Shown here piece after piece: positions 11,601-19,883 of a DNA stretch of 64,000 nucleotides (position 1 is the stretch's first letter; each line of letters begins with the position of its first letter). Origin of the DNA: an uncultured delta proteobacterium (GTDB taxonomy: Bacteria > Desulfobacterota > Desulfobacteria > Desulfobacterales > B30-G6); assembly GCA_963823335.1 (NCBI GenBank), contig CAWGLD010000003.1, positions 139,319-203,318 of the forward strand, written 5' to 3'. The notes under the pieces were generated by a model, which worked only from the letters and a program-made list of their open reading frames with translations, had not been told where the DNA came from and did not search any database. A program made the position numbers and the translations under genes.

Positions 11601-12209
11601 ATTCAGGCGGTTGCAGATTCTTCCGGCAACCACATTGCCCAATAGGCCCGGGAAGGAATTTTCCTGCCAGGGAACATACGCATCTGAAATACTGTTCATG
11701 ACTTCAAGGGCAATGTCATCCGGCACGCCCGCTTTTTTCAAGGCGCGACGCCAGATGGGGTGGCCGAGTCTGGCGCCCAGGGGAATGACCAGTTCCTGGG
11801 TGCCGGTGACGCCCAGAATGACACTGGTGCCGTCTCTGTTGAAATCCACATCCTGCCCGTAGCCTGCGTCTTCCAGTGCATTTTTGGCCGTGATCAATGC
11901 AAGGAGTTGAGAGGTATCGGTGGCCTCCAGCGATGAGGGGGGGATGCCGAATTCAGAAGGATCGAAATCGACAGGGGCAAGAAAGGCCCCCCGCCGGCAA
12001 TAGACGTGGTCCGGCATTTTGGGGTCTTCATGAAAGTATTCGTCAACTGACCAGTGGGTCTGGGGTACGTTTTGAATGGCGTCCTTCTTCTGGTAAAGAA
12101 GTTGCCAGTATGCTTTCAATCCGGGCGCACCCGGGAAGAGGCACCCGATTCCGATGATAGCGATGGGCATAGTTTTTAATACTTTGTAATTATTGTTCAT
12201 ATGACGCAT
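5682..12209 (-). CDS. pfaA: PfaA-like iterative type I PKS/PUFA synthase subunit (KS-MAT-ACP-ACP-KR-DH)
   Basis: KS DAACASS/EAHGTGT/GHTKAAAG; AT GHSFG/AAFHS; two ACPs LGIDSIKRVEIL; KR VTGGARGVT..YAMAN; DH HPILDAHILDGKPVVP. Start placed at ATG 12209 (or 12200) because the GTG at 12248 lies upstream of the start site implied by the predicted -10. Confidence 0.9.
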   Translation of the reverse strand: MRHMNNNYKVLKTMPIAIIGIGCLFPGAPGLKAYWQLLYQKKDAIQNVPQTHWSVDEYFHEDPKMPDHVYCRRGAFLAPVDFDPSEFGIPPSSLEATDTSQLLALITAKNALEDAGYGQDVDFNRDGTSVILGVTGTQELVIPLGARLGHPIWRRALKKAGVPDDIALEVMNSISDAYVPWQENSFPGLLGNVVAGRICNRLNLGGTNCVVDAACASSFGALHLSLLELQTQKCDMIVTGGVDAINDIFMHMCFSKSQILSPTGDIRPFSKDADGTVLGEGIGMMVLKRLEDAERDNDRIYAVINGIGSSSDGKSQSIYAPRIEGQEKAVRLAYKNASIDPGTVTNIEAHGTGTKVGDRVEFKALKKVFGVDKNRPRNCAIGSVKSMIGHTKAAAGSAAIIKTALALKNKVLPPTLKAEFPDPDLNMEESPFYLNSENRPWFAEKDFPRRAGVSSFGFGGSNFHVVMEEYAREKTDISWDGSVELFAFSAQSIKEIHQQLAELKTSVSGAISLDDRARAAEQTRQRFRSDFRFRLVLVHDLSKKDTIPGESLKQLIDNAVSGIQTQSGEDAWQMKNIYFGNRSDPEKTAFLFPGQGSQYVGMGRDLVCIFPGALQLMERANTRFEPPNRLTDYIYPVLSHDMHTHQDQERLLRCTDIAQPAIGAISLTMLHVLESFGVKPAVTCGHSFGELTALCAAGWIDEATFFDLAVARGSAMAEAGKKNGCGSMLAVKAPLEKLSEFADNTPDLVLANRNSPEQGVLAGTEKAIDQARKQMNDKGFQCIQLPVSAAFHSHLVKGAEKPFQKVLDNSIIEPTDIPVFANNTAEPYPKDNAAVRSILGKQVLEPVLFMAGIERLYHQNVRTFVEVGPKSVLTRLVQSILSGRNHQAVSMDTSNGKAFGIADLARTLAHLTSLGHPVRLDSWEDPAPPKKNRRMKMQILGANYRNPSKERPDRTSPRTAGDNRTMKKIPQTHATAPAYENALRTVQEGLKSMQALQAQTTEAHKKFLETQSEAGRSLQRMMESIQQISEASLGIFREQPLAPETSVSLNQGETGAAPPESTTTRETGGLDFPPNGKYKGDGTSPQVQVRNRMPSTRFVEQSIPPETETQTDLTVTGNTDGQRHASSPALLESPDPASTTEIVPQTQFRAHSIQSTLLQIVSDLTGYPMEMLGADMDMESDLGIDSIKRVEILSTLEETLPGLPTISPEIMGSLKTLAQIVDALGGTSEAHPVGNTHTPESSQDPGQIEQPSDENTDNVRRTMIQIVSELTGYPTDMLGLDMDIEADLGIDSIKRVEILSTLEDRLPGLPQVTPDIMGSLKTLGQICTYLTSGAEKTDMATQETARPPRPVQSAETFEKPSSPDYGVSSFSDIERHRVTIKNRPLSRVTLETIPADRHVYIIGDSSHLGQALVDTFTAHGIQASHRPLSEIDDILNGSSDISNAGGLIILEGSHDADDRADDTYLETAFQLAHFFGPSLTRNAQTGLTLFAAITRLDGAFGFRDKDLENPVSGGLAALVKTAAIEWDGVVCRALDLDPAWMDVTEIAQRITAEVLGKQTRDSVEVGLDGENRYTLELTPFPYDKDVNIELVFDPGDVVVVTGGARGVTAAAAIALAEQVPLSFVLLGRSPMPAPEPVWLDGLEKESEIKKAILANEFNNNGASPKDIEMSYRRHMGSREVAATLQKLTATGSTVQYESADIRDADIVTPLFQRVRESLGPIRAIIHGAGVIEDRLIQDKTLEQFKRVYKTKVVGFRALMDAAASDPLKYIVVFSSVAARFGNKGQADYAMANEALNKICRREVRQRKDCRVIAVNWGPWDGGMVTPGLKREFRKSGIALIPVEAGARCMLLEMSQAGIHPVEVVVGSALPDQVITKTLKMDDQPPDRQDPSPPMSLSFKREIDTTNHPILDAHILDGKPVVPFALITEWFGHGALHGNPGLLLHGIDDMRILKGIKLEQQKKLIRLFAGKADRKGSLFEVGVELRDGVLEGKDVIHSRAKAILTDTLPAAPIFESTRLKPTKVYARSMEEVYDKILFHGLALRGIKEITDCSSWGISAKISSAPAPETWVKEPLRSTWLSDPLALDCAFQLATLWCYEETGTVSLPSYCRHYRQYCTAFPPDGVMAELRVTDLTDHKMTGDFTLIDAESRVVAELKGYEAIMDVSLYRAFKPHLA

Positions 12210-12248
12210 ACCCTGGTTTGAGGCAGTTGCTTCAACGATTAACGACAC

Positions 12249-12277
12249 AATATAGTGTATATAAATAAGATTTTCAA
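12249..12277 (-). promoter_or_regulatory. Sigma70-type promoter for pfaA
   Basis: Minus strand TTGAAA-17 nt-TATATT. Confidence 0.55.
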
Positions 12278-12280
12278 GTA

Positions 12281-12309
12281 TTGACGCTAAATAATTAACT
12301 TGTTATATT
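12281..12309 (+). promoter_or_regulatory. Sigma70-type promoter for the HTH gene
   Basis: TTGACG-17 nt-TATATT with TGn extended -10, back to back with the pfaA promoter. Confidence 0.6.
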
Positions 12310-12346
12310 GACATCACAACTTAACAACAAAAGGGCAGAACTTGAT

Positions 12347-12931
12347 ATGATTCGATTCTATCTCAACCGGGAACTTTCCACCTGCTTGGAGATCCGATTG
12401 TCCCGTTGGAAAAGGTGGTCCCGCGAGTTCTTGCCCCCCGATCCTCTGGGAGGGTTGCAGTCCGGTTTTGCGCGGCAATACAGTCTACCGGAAGCATTTC
12501 ACGTATACCTGGGTGGGCACCTGGTCGCAGATCTGAAATTTTCGATTCCTGAAACAAAAACAATTCTGGAAGATTTGAAGGAATGGGTGACGACCCAGTA
12601 CTTTTCATATCCACTTCCAGAAGAACAGACTTCGGTTCAACAATCTGCCAAAGAATATCGTATCTACATCTTCATGAACCATGAAGCCAGAAAGAATGAG
12701 CAGGCATACACCTACATGATCCGCAGGGTGATTGATCAGGAAAAATCACATGGGAAAGGTGCCAGAATTGTTACGGAGCGCTATATAGAGAATTGGCTCA
12801 AAGAAGGAGAGGTGGTTACTGAACCTGAAAGACCTGAAGACGTGCCATACTGGATGGCAGCTAGGGTCTTGTATATTACGAAAGTGTATCAGATTTTTAC
12901 AGCACTGCTCTCAGAAAATCATAAGGTTTGA
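12347..12931 (+). CDS. Putative DNA-binding protein with MerR-like N-terminal HTH
   Basis: N-terminus YLNRELSTCLEIRLSRWKRWSREFLPP..GFARQYS resembles the MerR-type winged HTH pattern; divergent from pfaA. Confidence 0.6.
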   Translation: MIRFYLNRELSTCLEIRLSRWKRWSREFLPPDPLGGLQSGFARQYSLPEAFHVYLGGHLVADLKFSIPETKTILEDLKEWVTTQYFSYPLPEEQTSVQQSAKEYRIYIFMNHEARKNEQAYTYMIRRVIDQEKSHGKGARIVTERYIENWLKEGEVVTEPERPEDVPYWMAARVLYITKVYQIFTALLSENHKV

Positions 12932-12940
12932 CGCGTATAC

Positions 12941-14593
12941 TTAAAGATCCCCCAAAAACGCTTCAATTGCCTCGCGATCAAGGGGCAGTATTCGGGTTGG
13001 GGTGTCGGGAAGAACAATTCCCTGCTGCCTGAGGCATTGCCTCCTGGTGACAAGGGCCGCTCCCAGCAAAATATTCAGGGCAATGACGACAACTTCACGA
13101 TTGTCAGCAGATTCCAGAAAGGTACCTTTCACCCACTGGTTAAAGGCACCGATGGCTGGCCCACACCAGATCTGATAATCGATCTTTCTGGATGGTTCAC
13201 CCGTATTAGCCCAGCTGGAAGACTGACCTAGATACGAACGAAACACCAGAGCCATTTGATGTTTTGGATTCGTTTGTGCTCTTTCGATCTGTTTGGGATC
13301 TCTGTTCAGAAAAAATGCTTTGGTATGGGCCCATTCCTCAAGAAACGATCTTCGGAAAATATCTCTCTCAAGAATTTTTCTCTGGGGCTCCGGAATATCC
13401 TCATAAGCGTCATAGGTCGTATACAATTCATAAAGTTTTCCTGCCCGCAGGGGGAACATGGTACCCCGTTTCAACACCTGGACCTTGACACCCATTTCAA
13501 ACATATCTGCTGCGGGTGCCATGGTGACATCGGCTTGTCCGGCTTCTGAAAGCATCTGACGCACCGTGTCCGAAGTGCCGGCTTCCCTGCAGGCCTGATT
13601 GATGGAACCTGTCACAATATAGTCCGCTCCCATGGCAAAGGCTGCTGCAGCCGATTCAGGTGTGGCGATCCCCCCCCCAAGTCCTATGCTGAGAGGGTTG
13701 TCAAAATTAAATTCCGCCATCGCCAAATCCCTGAGGGAAATCATCGTGGGAAGCAGGGCAAGTGCCGGTCGGTTGTCTGTGTGCCCGCCGGAATCGGCTT
13801 CAGCGGTCAGAGCATCGGCCATGGGGATCGTTTCCGCCAAACGGGCTTCCTGGGGACTGATCCAGTCCAGTTCCAGCAGCTGCCGGATAAATTTTTCCGG
13901 CGGTGGCGAAAGAAACTTTTTAGCGACTTCTTCACGTGATAACTTGGCAATGATTCTTTGGGGTGTTATCGTGTGGCCGTGTTCGTCCTGATGGATTCCC
14001 TTAATACGGTAATATACCAGGGGCAGCGTGAGGTTCATATAAGCGGAAGCGCTGATCAGGCGAACACCGTGTCTGAGGTAGAGTTGAACTGTTTCCAGTT
14101 CAAGATTCGGGTCACCGGGACTGTGAATAAGGTTGAACCCGAAGGGCAGCGCGCCCATCTTTGATTGCAGGTATTGGATCGCGGTTTCAATCTGCGGTAT
14201 GTCAAGTCCTGCAGCGCCATAAAAACCCAACATGCCCGCACGTCCTGCCGCTTCAACCATTTTGGTCGATGTTATTCCATTTGCCATGGCACCGACGACG
14301 TAAGGGTAACGAAGCCCATAGGTGCTTATGAAATCGGGACTTCCCATACTTGCCGGGTGCAGTGGGGGCACAAACGCTATCCAGGGAAATCGCTTTTCAC
14401 GGGACATAGGATCACCGGTCGGCAGACCCGGGCTGACCACGCTGCCCCCCCGGGCGATCCCGATCTGTGCCCCGGTGTCGATAATGTATAGCGGTTTTTC
14501 CACCTGTTTTATGGCTGAATTGACGGCATCAGGACCTATTTCTGGTTTGTCTTCACCCTGTATCCACCATCCCAATTGCTTGACTTGGCGCAT
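12941..14593 (-). CDS. pfaD: PfaD-family enoyl reductase (PUFA/polyketide synthase)
   Basis: YVVGAMANGI, EADSGGHTD, GGIATP, MAPAADMFEMGVKVQVLKRGT, DYQIWCGPAIGAFN. Confidence 0.93.
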   Translation of the reverse strand: MRQVKQLGWWIQGEDKPEIGPDAVNSAIKQVEKPLYIIDTGAQIGIARGGSVVSPGLPTGDPMSREKRFPWIAFVPPLHPASMGSPDFISTYGLRYPYVVGAMANGITSTKMVEAAGRAGMLGFYGAAGLDIPQIETAIQYLQSKMGALPFGFNLIHSPGDPNLELETVQLYLRHGVRLISASAYMNLTLPLVYYRIKGIHQDEHGHTITPQRIIAKLSREEVAKKFLSPPPEKFIRQLLELDWISPQEARLAETIPMADALTAEADSGGHTDNRPALALLPTMISLRDLAMAEFNFDNPLSIGLGGGIATPESAAAAFAMGADYIVTGSINQACREAGTSDTVRQMLSEAGQADVTMAPAADMFEMGVKVQVLKRGTMFPLRAGKLYELYTTYDAYEDIPEPQRKILERDIFRRSFLEEWAHTKAFFLNRDPKQIERAQTNPKHQMALVFRSYLGQSSSWANTGEPSRKIDYQIWCGPAIGAFNQWVKGTFLESADNREVVVIALNILLGAALVTRRQCLRQQGIVLPDTPTRILPLDREAIEAFLGDL

Positions 14594-14596
14594 TGA

Positions 14597-15493
14597 CTAT
14601 CCTCTTGGATGATATTTTTTGTGAACTTCCTTTAAGTGTTTCTGGGCAACGTGCGTATATATCTGCGTGGTGGAAATGTCAACATGCCCGAGCATGACCT
14701 GGACTGTACGCAGATCAGCGCCACCCTCCAGTAAGTGGGTGGCAAATGAATGCCGAAGGGTATGTGGCGTGATGTGTTTCAAGGGGACACTTTTTTGGGC
14801 ATATCTCTTGAGCAGCTTCCAGAAGCCCTGTCTTGTCATAGGCTTGCCGGCCCTGGCCACAAACAGAAAGGCACTCATACGGCCTTTCAGCAGGGCAGGG
14901 CGTGCGGTTTCGAGATAGCTGTCGATTCGATTCTTTGCATAGCTGCCAAAGGGAACGATCCGTTCCTTTGAACCCTTACCCATCACACGCAGGAAGCACC
15001 CTTCGAGGTTGACATTCATCAGTCTTAGATGGATGAGTTCGGAGACTCTCAAACCGGCGGCATACAGGAGTTCAAGCATAGCCGCATCCCTTGCACCAGA
15101 CGGTGTTTTCGAAACCGGTGTTTCCAGGAGAATTCTAACTTCTGTAACAGACAGCACATCCGGCAGGGTGACATGCCGTTTGGGGAGATCGACAATCTTG
15201 GCGTGATTCTTGGGGATATGTTTTTCCTTAACCAAAAAAGCATATAAGCCCCTGAGGGTCACCAAATGTCTGGCCCTGGAGCTGGTTCCCAGTCCCTGGT
15301 CTTTGAGATGAATGAGGTACTGAAGAATGATCCGGGTGTCCGCTTTCTCGATGTGATGAATCCGGTTCTCTTTTAAGAAGGCCAGATACCTGACGATATC
15401 CCTGCTGTAGGCGGTGATGGTTTTTTTGGCAAGCCCTTTTTCCACCAATATATAGTGCAGATACTGGTCGGCCAGTAGGTCCATGTCAGACAT
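14597..15493 (-). CDS. xerD: Site-specific tyrosine recombinase XerD
   Basis: LYAAGLRVSEL, GKGSKER, MTRQGFWK, HTLRHSFATHLL, LGHVDISTTQIY, C-terminal YHPRG. Confidence 0.92.
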   Translation of the reverse strand: MSDMDLLADQYLHYILVEKGLAKKTITAYSRDIVRYLAFLKENRIHHIEKADTRIILQYLIHLKDQGLGTSSRARHLVTLRGLYAFLVKEKHIPKNHAKIVDLPKRHVTLPDVLSVTEVRILLETPVSKTPSGARDAAMLELLYAAGLRVSELIHLRLMNVNLEGCFLRVMGKGSKERIVPFGSYAKNRIDSYLETARPALLKGRMSAFLFVARAGKPMTRQGFWKLLKRYAQKSVPLKHITPHTLRHSFATHLLEGGADLRTVQVMLGHVDISTTQIYTHVAQKHLKEVHKKYHPRG

Positions 15494-15570
15494 GAGGTGT
15501 GTTTCCTGTTTGAGATATTTCGTGAAACGTCAGGGTTAAAATTCAAACACATCTACCAATAGATAAGAAA

Positions 15571-15780
15571 AGGGTCCCAGGGGTCAAGGATCCAAGGGTT
15601 CGAGTTTTGGTTTTCCGATGACATATCATCCTGTATGCCGCGCATGCCTTCCTTCAGGAATAACTGTTTGGTTGTTCTATTCATCTCCATACTACCAAAC
15701 AAGGCTCATATGATTTTTGTTAAACTGTTAACTACTTGAGCCCTTCCGCTCCAAAACGGCTGAAAGCTCCCTGAATCATT
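15571..15780. repeat. Octamer-type arms (AGGGTCCC/AGGGTTCG) with a degenerate inverted partner
   Basis: agggtcccaggggtcaaggatccaagggttcgag at 15571-15604; C-rich cttgagcccttcc...ccctgaatc near 15735-15777. Confidence 0.55.
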
Positions 15781-15805
15781 CATTTGCGCTCTTTTGGAAA
15801 TGAGT

Positions 15806-16921
15806 CTAAATAGCAATAGAAATGTTTTCTTCCAAGCTGTTCAACACCTCAGCACACTTGTCCCGCACGACTACCTGGTTTTCAATTCTTACACCGCCCC
15901 AACCGGGAAGATAGATACCAGGTTCTACGGTGACCAGCATGCCTGCTTTCAGAACGGTGTCTTTCAGTGGGCTTAAGCGCGGTGCTTCGTGTACGGCCAG
16001 TCCTGTTCCATGTCCCAGACCATGCCCGAATTTTCCTTTGAAGCCTTTGCTTTCTATGTGGCCCCTTGCAGTACGGTCCACCGCCCGGGTGCTGGCTCCA
16101 TCCCGAATGGCATCGATGGCTTTCTTCTGCGCATCGACAACGGTCTGAAATACTTTTTGGAATGTGCTGTCGGTTTTACCAGAGAAAATGGTTCTGGAGG
16201 TGTCTGAACAATATCCATTCAGCCTGGCGCCCCAGTCGAAGAGAAGCGGTTCCCCCTTCATCCATGTACGGTCTCCGGGAATAGCATGAGGCAGGGCGCT
16301 GTTGGGTCCGGATGCAACTATAGATGGAAATGACAGGGTCTCTGCCCCTGATTGCCGCATTTCTTTTTCAAGCAGCCAGGCAATTTCTTTTTCCGTCATA
16401 CCCGGTTGAATTTCCTGTAGCACGTTTTCAAATGCTTTTTCCGCCAGCCACAGGGCTTGTCTGGTTTTGTCAATTTCTTCTTCATCTTTGATTTCTCGAA
16501 TCTGTTCAACGATATTTTCTGTGGGAACCAGCTCAACACCTATCTTTTGGGAGGAGATTATATTTTCGAACTCGTGAAAGTGTTTGAGAGATATTCGAAC
16601 GGACTCGAACCCCAGACGTCGTGAACCCAGTTGCTGCAAAATATCCGGCAATGTTTTTGGGAGACCTTCCCGATAGCAGACGATGTCAAATTGCTCAGCC
16701 TCTTTGGCTGCCTGCAGGTCATAACGCGTGTCGGTAGCCAGGAGTAATTCGTGCTCGGTAATAAACAGCGAGCCTGCAGATTCATCACACTGGGTGTCTT
16801 CTCCACTAAAGCCGCTCAGATATAGGCGATTTTCCTCTGTGGAAACCAGGAGGGTGTCTATGTCATTCGTTTTCATCAAAGCTCGAACCTTCTTGATCCG
16901 TTTCATTTTCTGTCTGTTCAA
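15806..16921 (-). CDS. Xaa-Pro aminopeptidase (M24B)
   Basis: Creatinase-like N-domain; DWGARLNGYCSDTSRT, HGLGHGTGLAVHEAP, TVEPGIY, GGVRIEN. Confidence 0.92.
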   Translation of the reverse strand: MNRQKMKRIKKVRALMKTNDIDTLLVSTEENRLYLSGFSGEDTQCDESAGSLFITEHELLLATDTRYDLQAAKEAEQFDIVCYREGLPKTLPDILQQLGSRRLGFESVRISLKHFHEFENIISSQKIGVELVPTENIVEQIREIKDEEEIDKTRQALWLAEKAFENVLQEIQPGMTEKEIAWLLEKEMRQSGAETLSFPSIVASGPNSALPHAIPGDRTWMKGEPLLFDWGARLNGYCSDTSRTIFSGKTDSTFQKVFQTVVDAQKKAIDAIRDGASTRAVDRTARGHIESKGFKGKFGHGLGHGTGLAVHEAPRLSPLKDTVLKAGMLVTVEPGIYLPGWGGVRIENQVVVRDKCAEVLNSLEENISIAI

Positions 16922-16991
16922 TAGTCCTCTCCTGAGTAATACAACTTTCTGTTTTCAGTTTGATAAAGCCGATGGTTTATTTTGCGTTTGC

Positions 16992-17158
16992 TGAACCGCA
17001 ACAGCGAGCGCATTCCCCGTAGGTTCTGCCGTTCGGCAGTGCTTCGCATGCTGCGGGGTTAGCGAGCGAATCTAAAATAGACAGAATTCCTTACGGTCGC
17101 TGCGAAGCACTGTCGCACGACAGAACATTCCTCGTAGCTTGCTGCGAGGTTCTTCAAT
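16992..17158 (+). mobile_element. Repeat family A, full copy (~167 bp)
   Basis: Nearly identical to 57061-57228; GC-rich subterminal hairpins; ends in TTCAA. Confidence 0.85.
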
Positions 17159-17182
17159 TCAGAAAGTCGAACTGATAAATAG

Positions 17183-17226
17183 AAAGCGGCTTAGCCGCGT
17201 CAGATAAAATTGCAATGCAATTTTAT
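17183..17226 (-). repeat. Repeat family D: double-hairpin element
   Basis: GCGGC-tta-GCCGC gtcag ATAAAATTGC-aat-GCAATTTTAT; same architecture as 27576, 32521 and 255-298. Confidence 0.75.
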
Positions 17227-17360
17227 GTATAAACACTCTGTAAAAATCCGTCAAACAGAAACATCGGGTGAACCGCAATCGCGCTCGCTAATTTTGTGGC
17301 GAATCGACGCCCCGCCTCTTTTCAAGCAATATTCCGGGTTGTATAACGCTTTCGTCCGTA

Positions 17361-17389
17361 TTGACTTTTCGGGCATCTTTGAATAGAGT
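17361..17389 (+). promoter_or_regulatory. Sigma70-type promoter upstream of the CHASE2 cyclase
   Basis: TTGACT-17 nt-TAGAGT. Confidence 0.5.
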
Positions 17390-17500
17390 GCCATAGTCTA
17401 TATTTACTCCGTATCGAAAACTTGGTCTTCTGGGCCAGGTCGGTGACAGTTCGCTATGCCGATGACGATAATCGTTTAAATCCGAAGCACAAAGCACGAA

Positions 17501-19765
17501 ATGCTAAACAATACCTTAATGATCCCTTTTCTGAAAAAAATAATCAGCATTACCCCCTTGACCCTATCCTCTCTCTTGATTCTTTCCGGTATCCTCCTTT
17601 ATCTCATCGAAGTACCATTCTTGGAACTGATGGAACTGAAAACCGTTGACTTGCGTTATGTCAACCGAGGGAGTTCCGAGTTCGAATCCGATGTGGTCCT
17701 GGCCGTTATCGATGAAGAGAGTATCGATAAAGAGGGAAAATGGATCTGGCCCAGATCCAAGATGGCGAATCTCGTCAACAAGCTTTCGGAGGCGGGTGCC
17801 AGGGTTATTTCTTTTGATGTCGGTTTTCTCGAACCGGATGAAAAGAGTGTTTTCAGAACCATTGAAGAGATCGAGAAAAAACTCACTATCCTCGATGGTG
17901 AGAGCCGGGCCTATCTGGAGGGATTAAAGCGGGCATCGGATAATGACCAGCTATTGGCGGACGCCATTGTTCGATCAAAAGCAAAGGTTGTCCTGGGTTA
18001 TTTTTTTCAGATGGAGAAATCTCATTCCGCTGACCTGGACGGAGAAAAGCTCAAAATCCAACGTAAAAATATCCAGTCTTCGCGCTATGCCCAGGTGAAG
18101 TTTCAATCAGAGAAAGCCATGCACGTCCCTGTCATAGAGGCGCAGGTTGCCAATGCGAACATCACGGCAATTTCTCAGGCAACAAGCTATTCAGGCTTTT
18201 TCAACATGTTTCCGGACAGAGATGGCGTGGTTCGCTGGATACCGGCAGTTATCGAGTATTCAGATGAAATGTATGCACCTCTGTCGCTCATGACCCTGAG
18301 CGCTTTCATGGATTCCCAACCGCTTGTGATCGTGGCTGACTATGGTATCGAGAAAATTCAGTTCAATGATTTTGTCATCCCGACGGATGAGTTGGGCCGT
18401 ATCATGATCAATTATCGTGGGGATGCCAAATCCTTCCGGCATATACCGGTCACAGACATTCTCAACGACAAGGTGTCGGAGAGTGAACTGAAAGGCAAGG
18501 CGGTTATCGTCGGGGCTACAGCAATCGGTATTTATGACATGCGGGTGACACCCTTCACGAGCGTTTTTCCAGGCGTTGAAATTCATGCCAGTATCGTCGA
18601 CAGCGTTTTAAGGGGCGAGTTTCTGTATCATCCGACATGGGCTGCCGTTTTTGACATCCTGGCAATTGTCTTGGCTGGACTTCTCCTGAGTGTCGTTCTG
18701 CCGAGGGCCGGTGTTTTTTTAGGTGTCCTGACGGTCTGTGCTCTCTTTTTCGGTCACATCTTTTTTTGTCAGTATCTGTTCAGCAGGCAGGGGTGGATTT
18801 TAAACATGGTTTATCCTTTGCTGGTTATCCTTTCTGTTTATATCAGCATTACGGTTTATAAATATCTAAGCGAATCGAGGCAGAAGCGTTTTATCCGCAG
18901 TGCCTTTTCCACGTATCTTGCCCCTACTGTCGTCCAGCAGCTCATCGACTCACCGGAACATCTGGAGCTGGGGGGTGAGGAGCGGGAGATCACCGCTTTT
19001 TTCTCGGATGTGCAGGGCTTTACGAGTATCTCAGAGAAACTGACACCCCATGATCTGGTGGATTTACTGAATGAATTTTTGACCGAAATGACGAATATAA
19101 TTCTCAAGCGCGAAGGAACTGTGGATAAATTCGAGGGAGATGCGATAATCGCTTTTTATGGTGCGCCGAACGCGCTTGAAAACCAGGCCGAAACAGCGTG
19201 TTTGACCTGTGTAGATATGCAGAAACGCCTCGCTGAACTGCGCGAGAAATGGCACCAGGAGGGTAAGCCGGAGCTGAAGATGCGTATAGGACTGTCTACG
19301 GGTCCGGCAGTCGTCGGTAACATGGGGTCGCGAAACCGGATGGATTACACCATGATGGGAGACACTGTCAACACCGCCGCTCGACTGGAGGGGGTCAACA
19401 AGATTTATGGCATTTACACACTGGTTTGTGAAACCACTTTCAAGAAAGCAAGCCAGCGTGTCTGGGGTAGAGAGATCGATTCCATCAATGTTGTGGGCAA
19501 GGCTGAACCGGTTACAGTTTACCAGGTCCTTGGTTACGCGGAGGATATCGATGAAACCGGGCTTGCAATGACCGGTCTGTATGCCGAAGGACTTCATTTT
19601 TACCGGCAACAGCGATGGGACGATGCCATTGAAAAATTTAATGCCGCTCTCGGGGTTTTTCCCGATGACGGCCCCAGCAAGGAAATGAGAGATCGGTGTA
19701 CTTCCTATAAGGTAGAGCCACCGTCACAGGACTGGAATGGGTCTTATACGATGAAGAGCAAGTGA
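17501..19765 (+). CDS. CHASE2-domain adenylate/guanylate cyclase with C-terminal TPR-like segment
   Basis: CHASE2 motifs (VIDEESI..WIWPRS, DRDGVVR, GVEIHA), three TMs, cyclase FFSDVQGFT, DKFEGDAI, GNMGS..DYTMMGDTVNTAARLEG. Confidence 0.93.
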   Translation: MLNNTLMIPFLKKIISITPLTLSSLLILSGILLYLIEVPFLELMELKTVDLRYVNRGSSEFESDVVLAVIDEESIDKEGKWIWPRSKMANLVNKLSEAGARVISFDVGFLEPDEKSVFRTIEEIEKKLTILDGESRAYLEGLKRASDNDQLLADAIVRSKAKVVLGYFFQMEKSHSADLDGEKLKIQRKNIQSSRYAQVKFQSEKAMHVPVIEAQVANANITAISQATSYSGFFNMFPDRDGVVRWIPAVIEYSDEMYAPLSLMTLSAFMDSQPLVIVADYGIEKIQFNDFVIPTDELGRIMINYRGDAKSFRHIPVTDILNDKVSESELKGKAVIVGATAIGIYDMRVTPFTSVFPGVEIHASIVDSVLRGEFLYHPTWAAVFDILAIVLAGLLLSVVLPRAGVFLGVLTVCALFFGHIFFCQYLFSRQGWILNMVYPLLVILSVYISITVYKYLSESRQKRFIRSAFSTYLAPTVVQQLIDSPEHLELGGEEREITAFFSDVQGFTSISEKLTPHDLVDLLNEFLTEMTNIILKREGTVDKFEGDAIIAFYGAPNALENQAETACLTCVDMQKRLAELREKWHQEGKPELKMRIGLSTGPAVVGNMGSRNRMDYTMMGDTVNTAARLEGVNKIYGIYTLVCETTFKKASQRVWGREIDSINVVGKAEPVTVYQVLGYAEDIDETGLAMTGLYAEGLHFYRQQRWDDAIEKFNAALGVFPDDGPSKEMRDRCTSYKVEPPSQDWNGSYTMKSK

Positions 19766-19883
19766 CGGAATACCCAAAAGGGTAAAAGGGACCGATATTC
19801 TTTGGTTCTGCTTTTCACGATACTTGACCTGGATTCATTTTTGTTATAAAAGCAACCTGTCGATTACCACCAGTCATCATTAA

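Noticed and set aside
14597-15493. Phage or island integrase
   Set aside because: Length and motifs (MTRQGFWK, YHPRG) fit housekeeping XerD; no att sites or phage genes seen.
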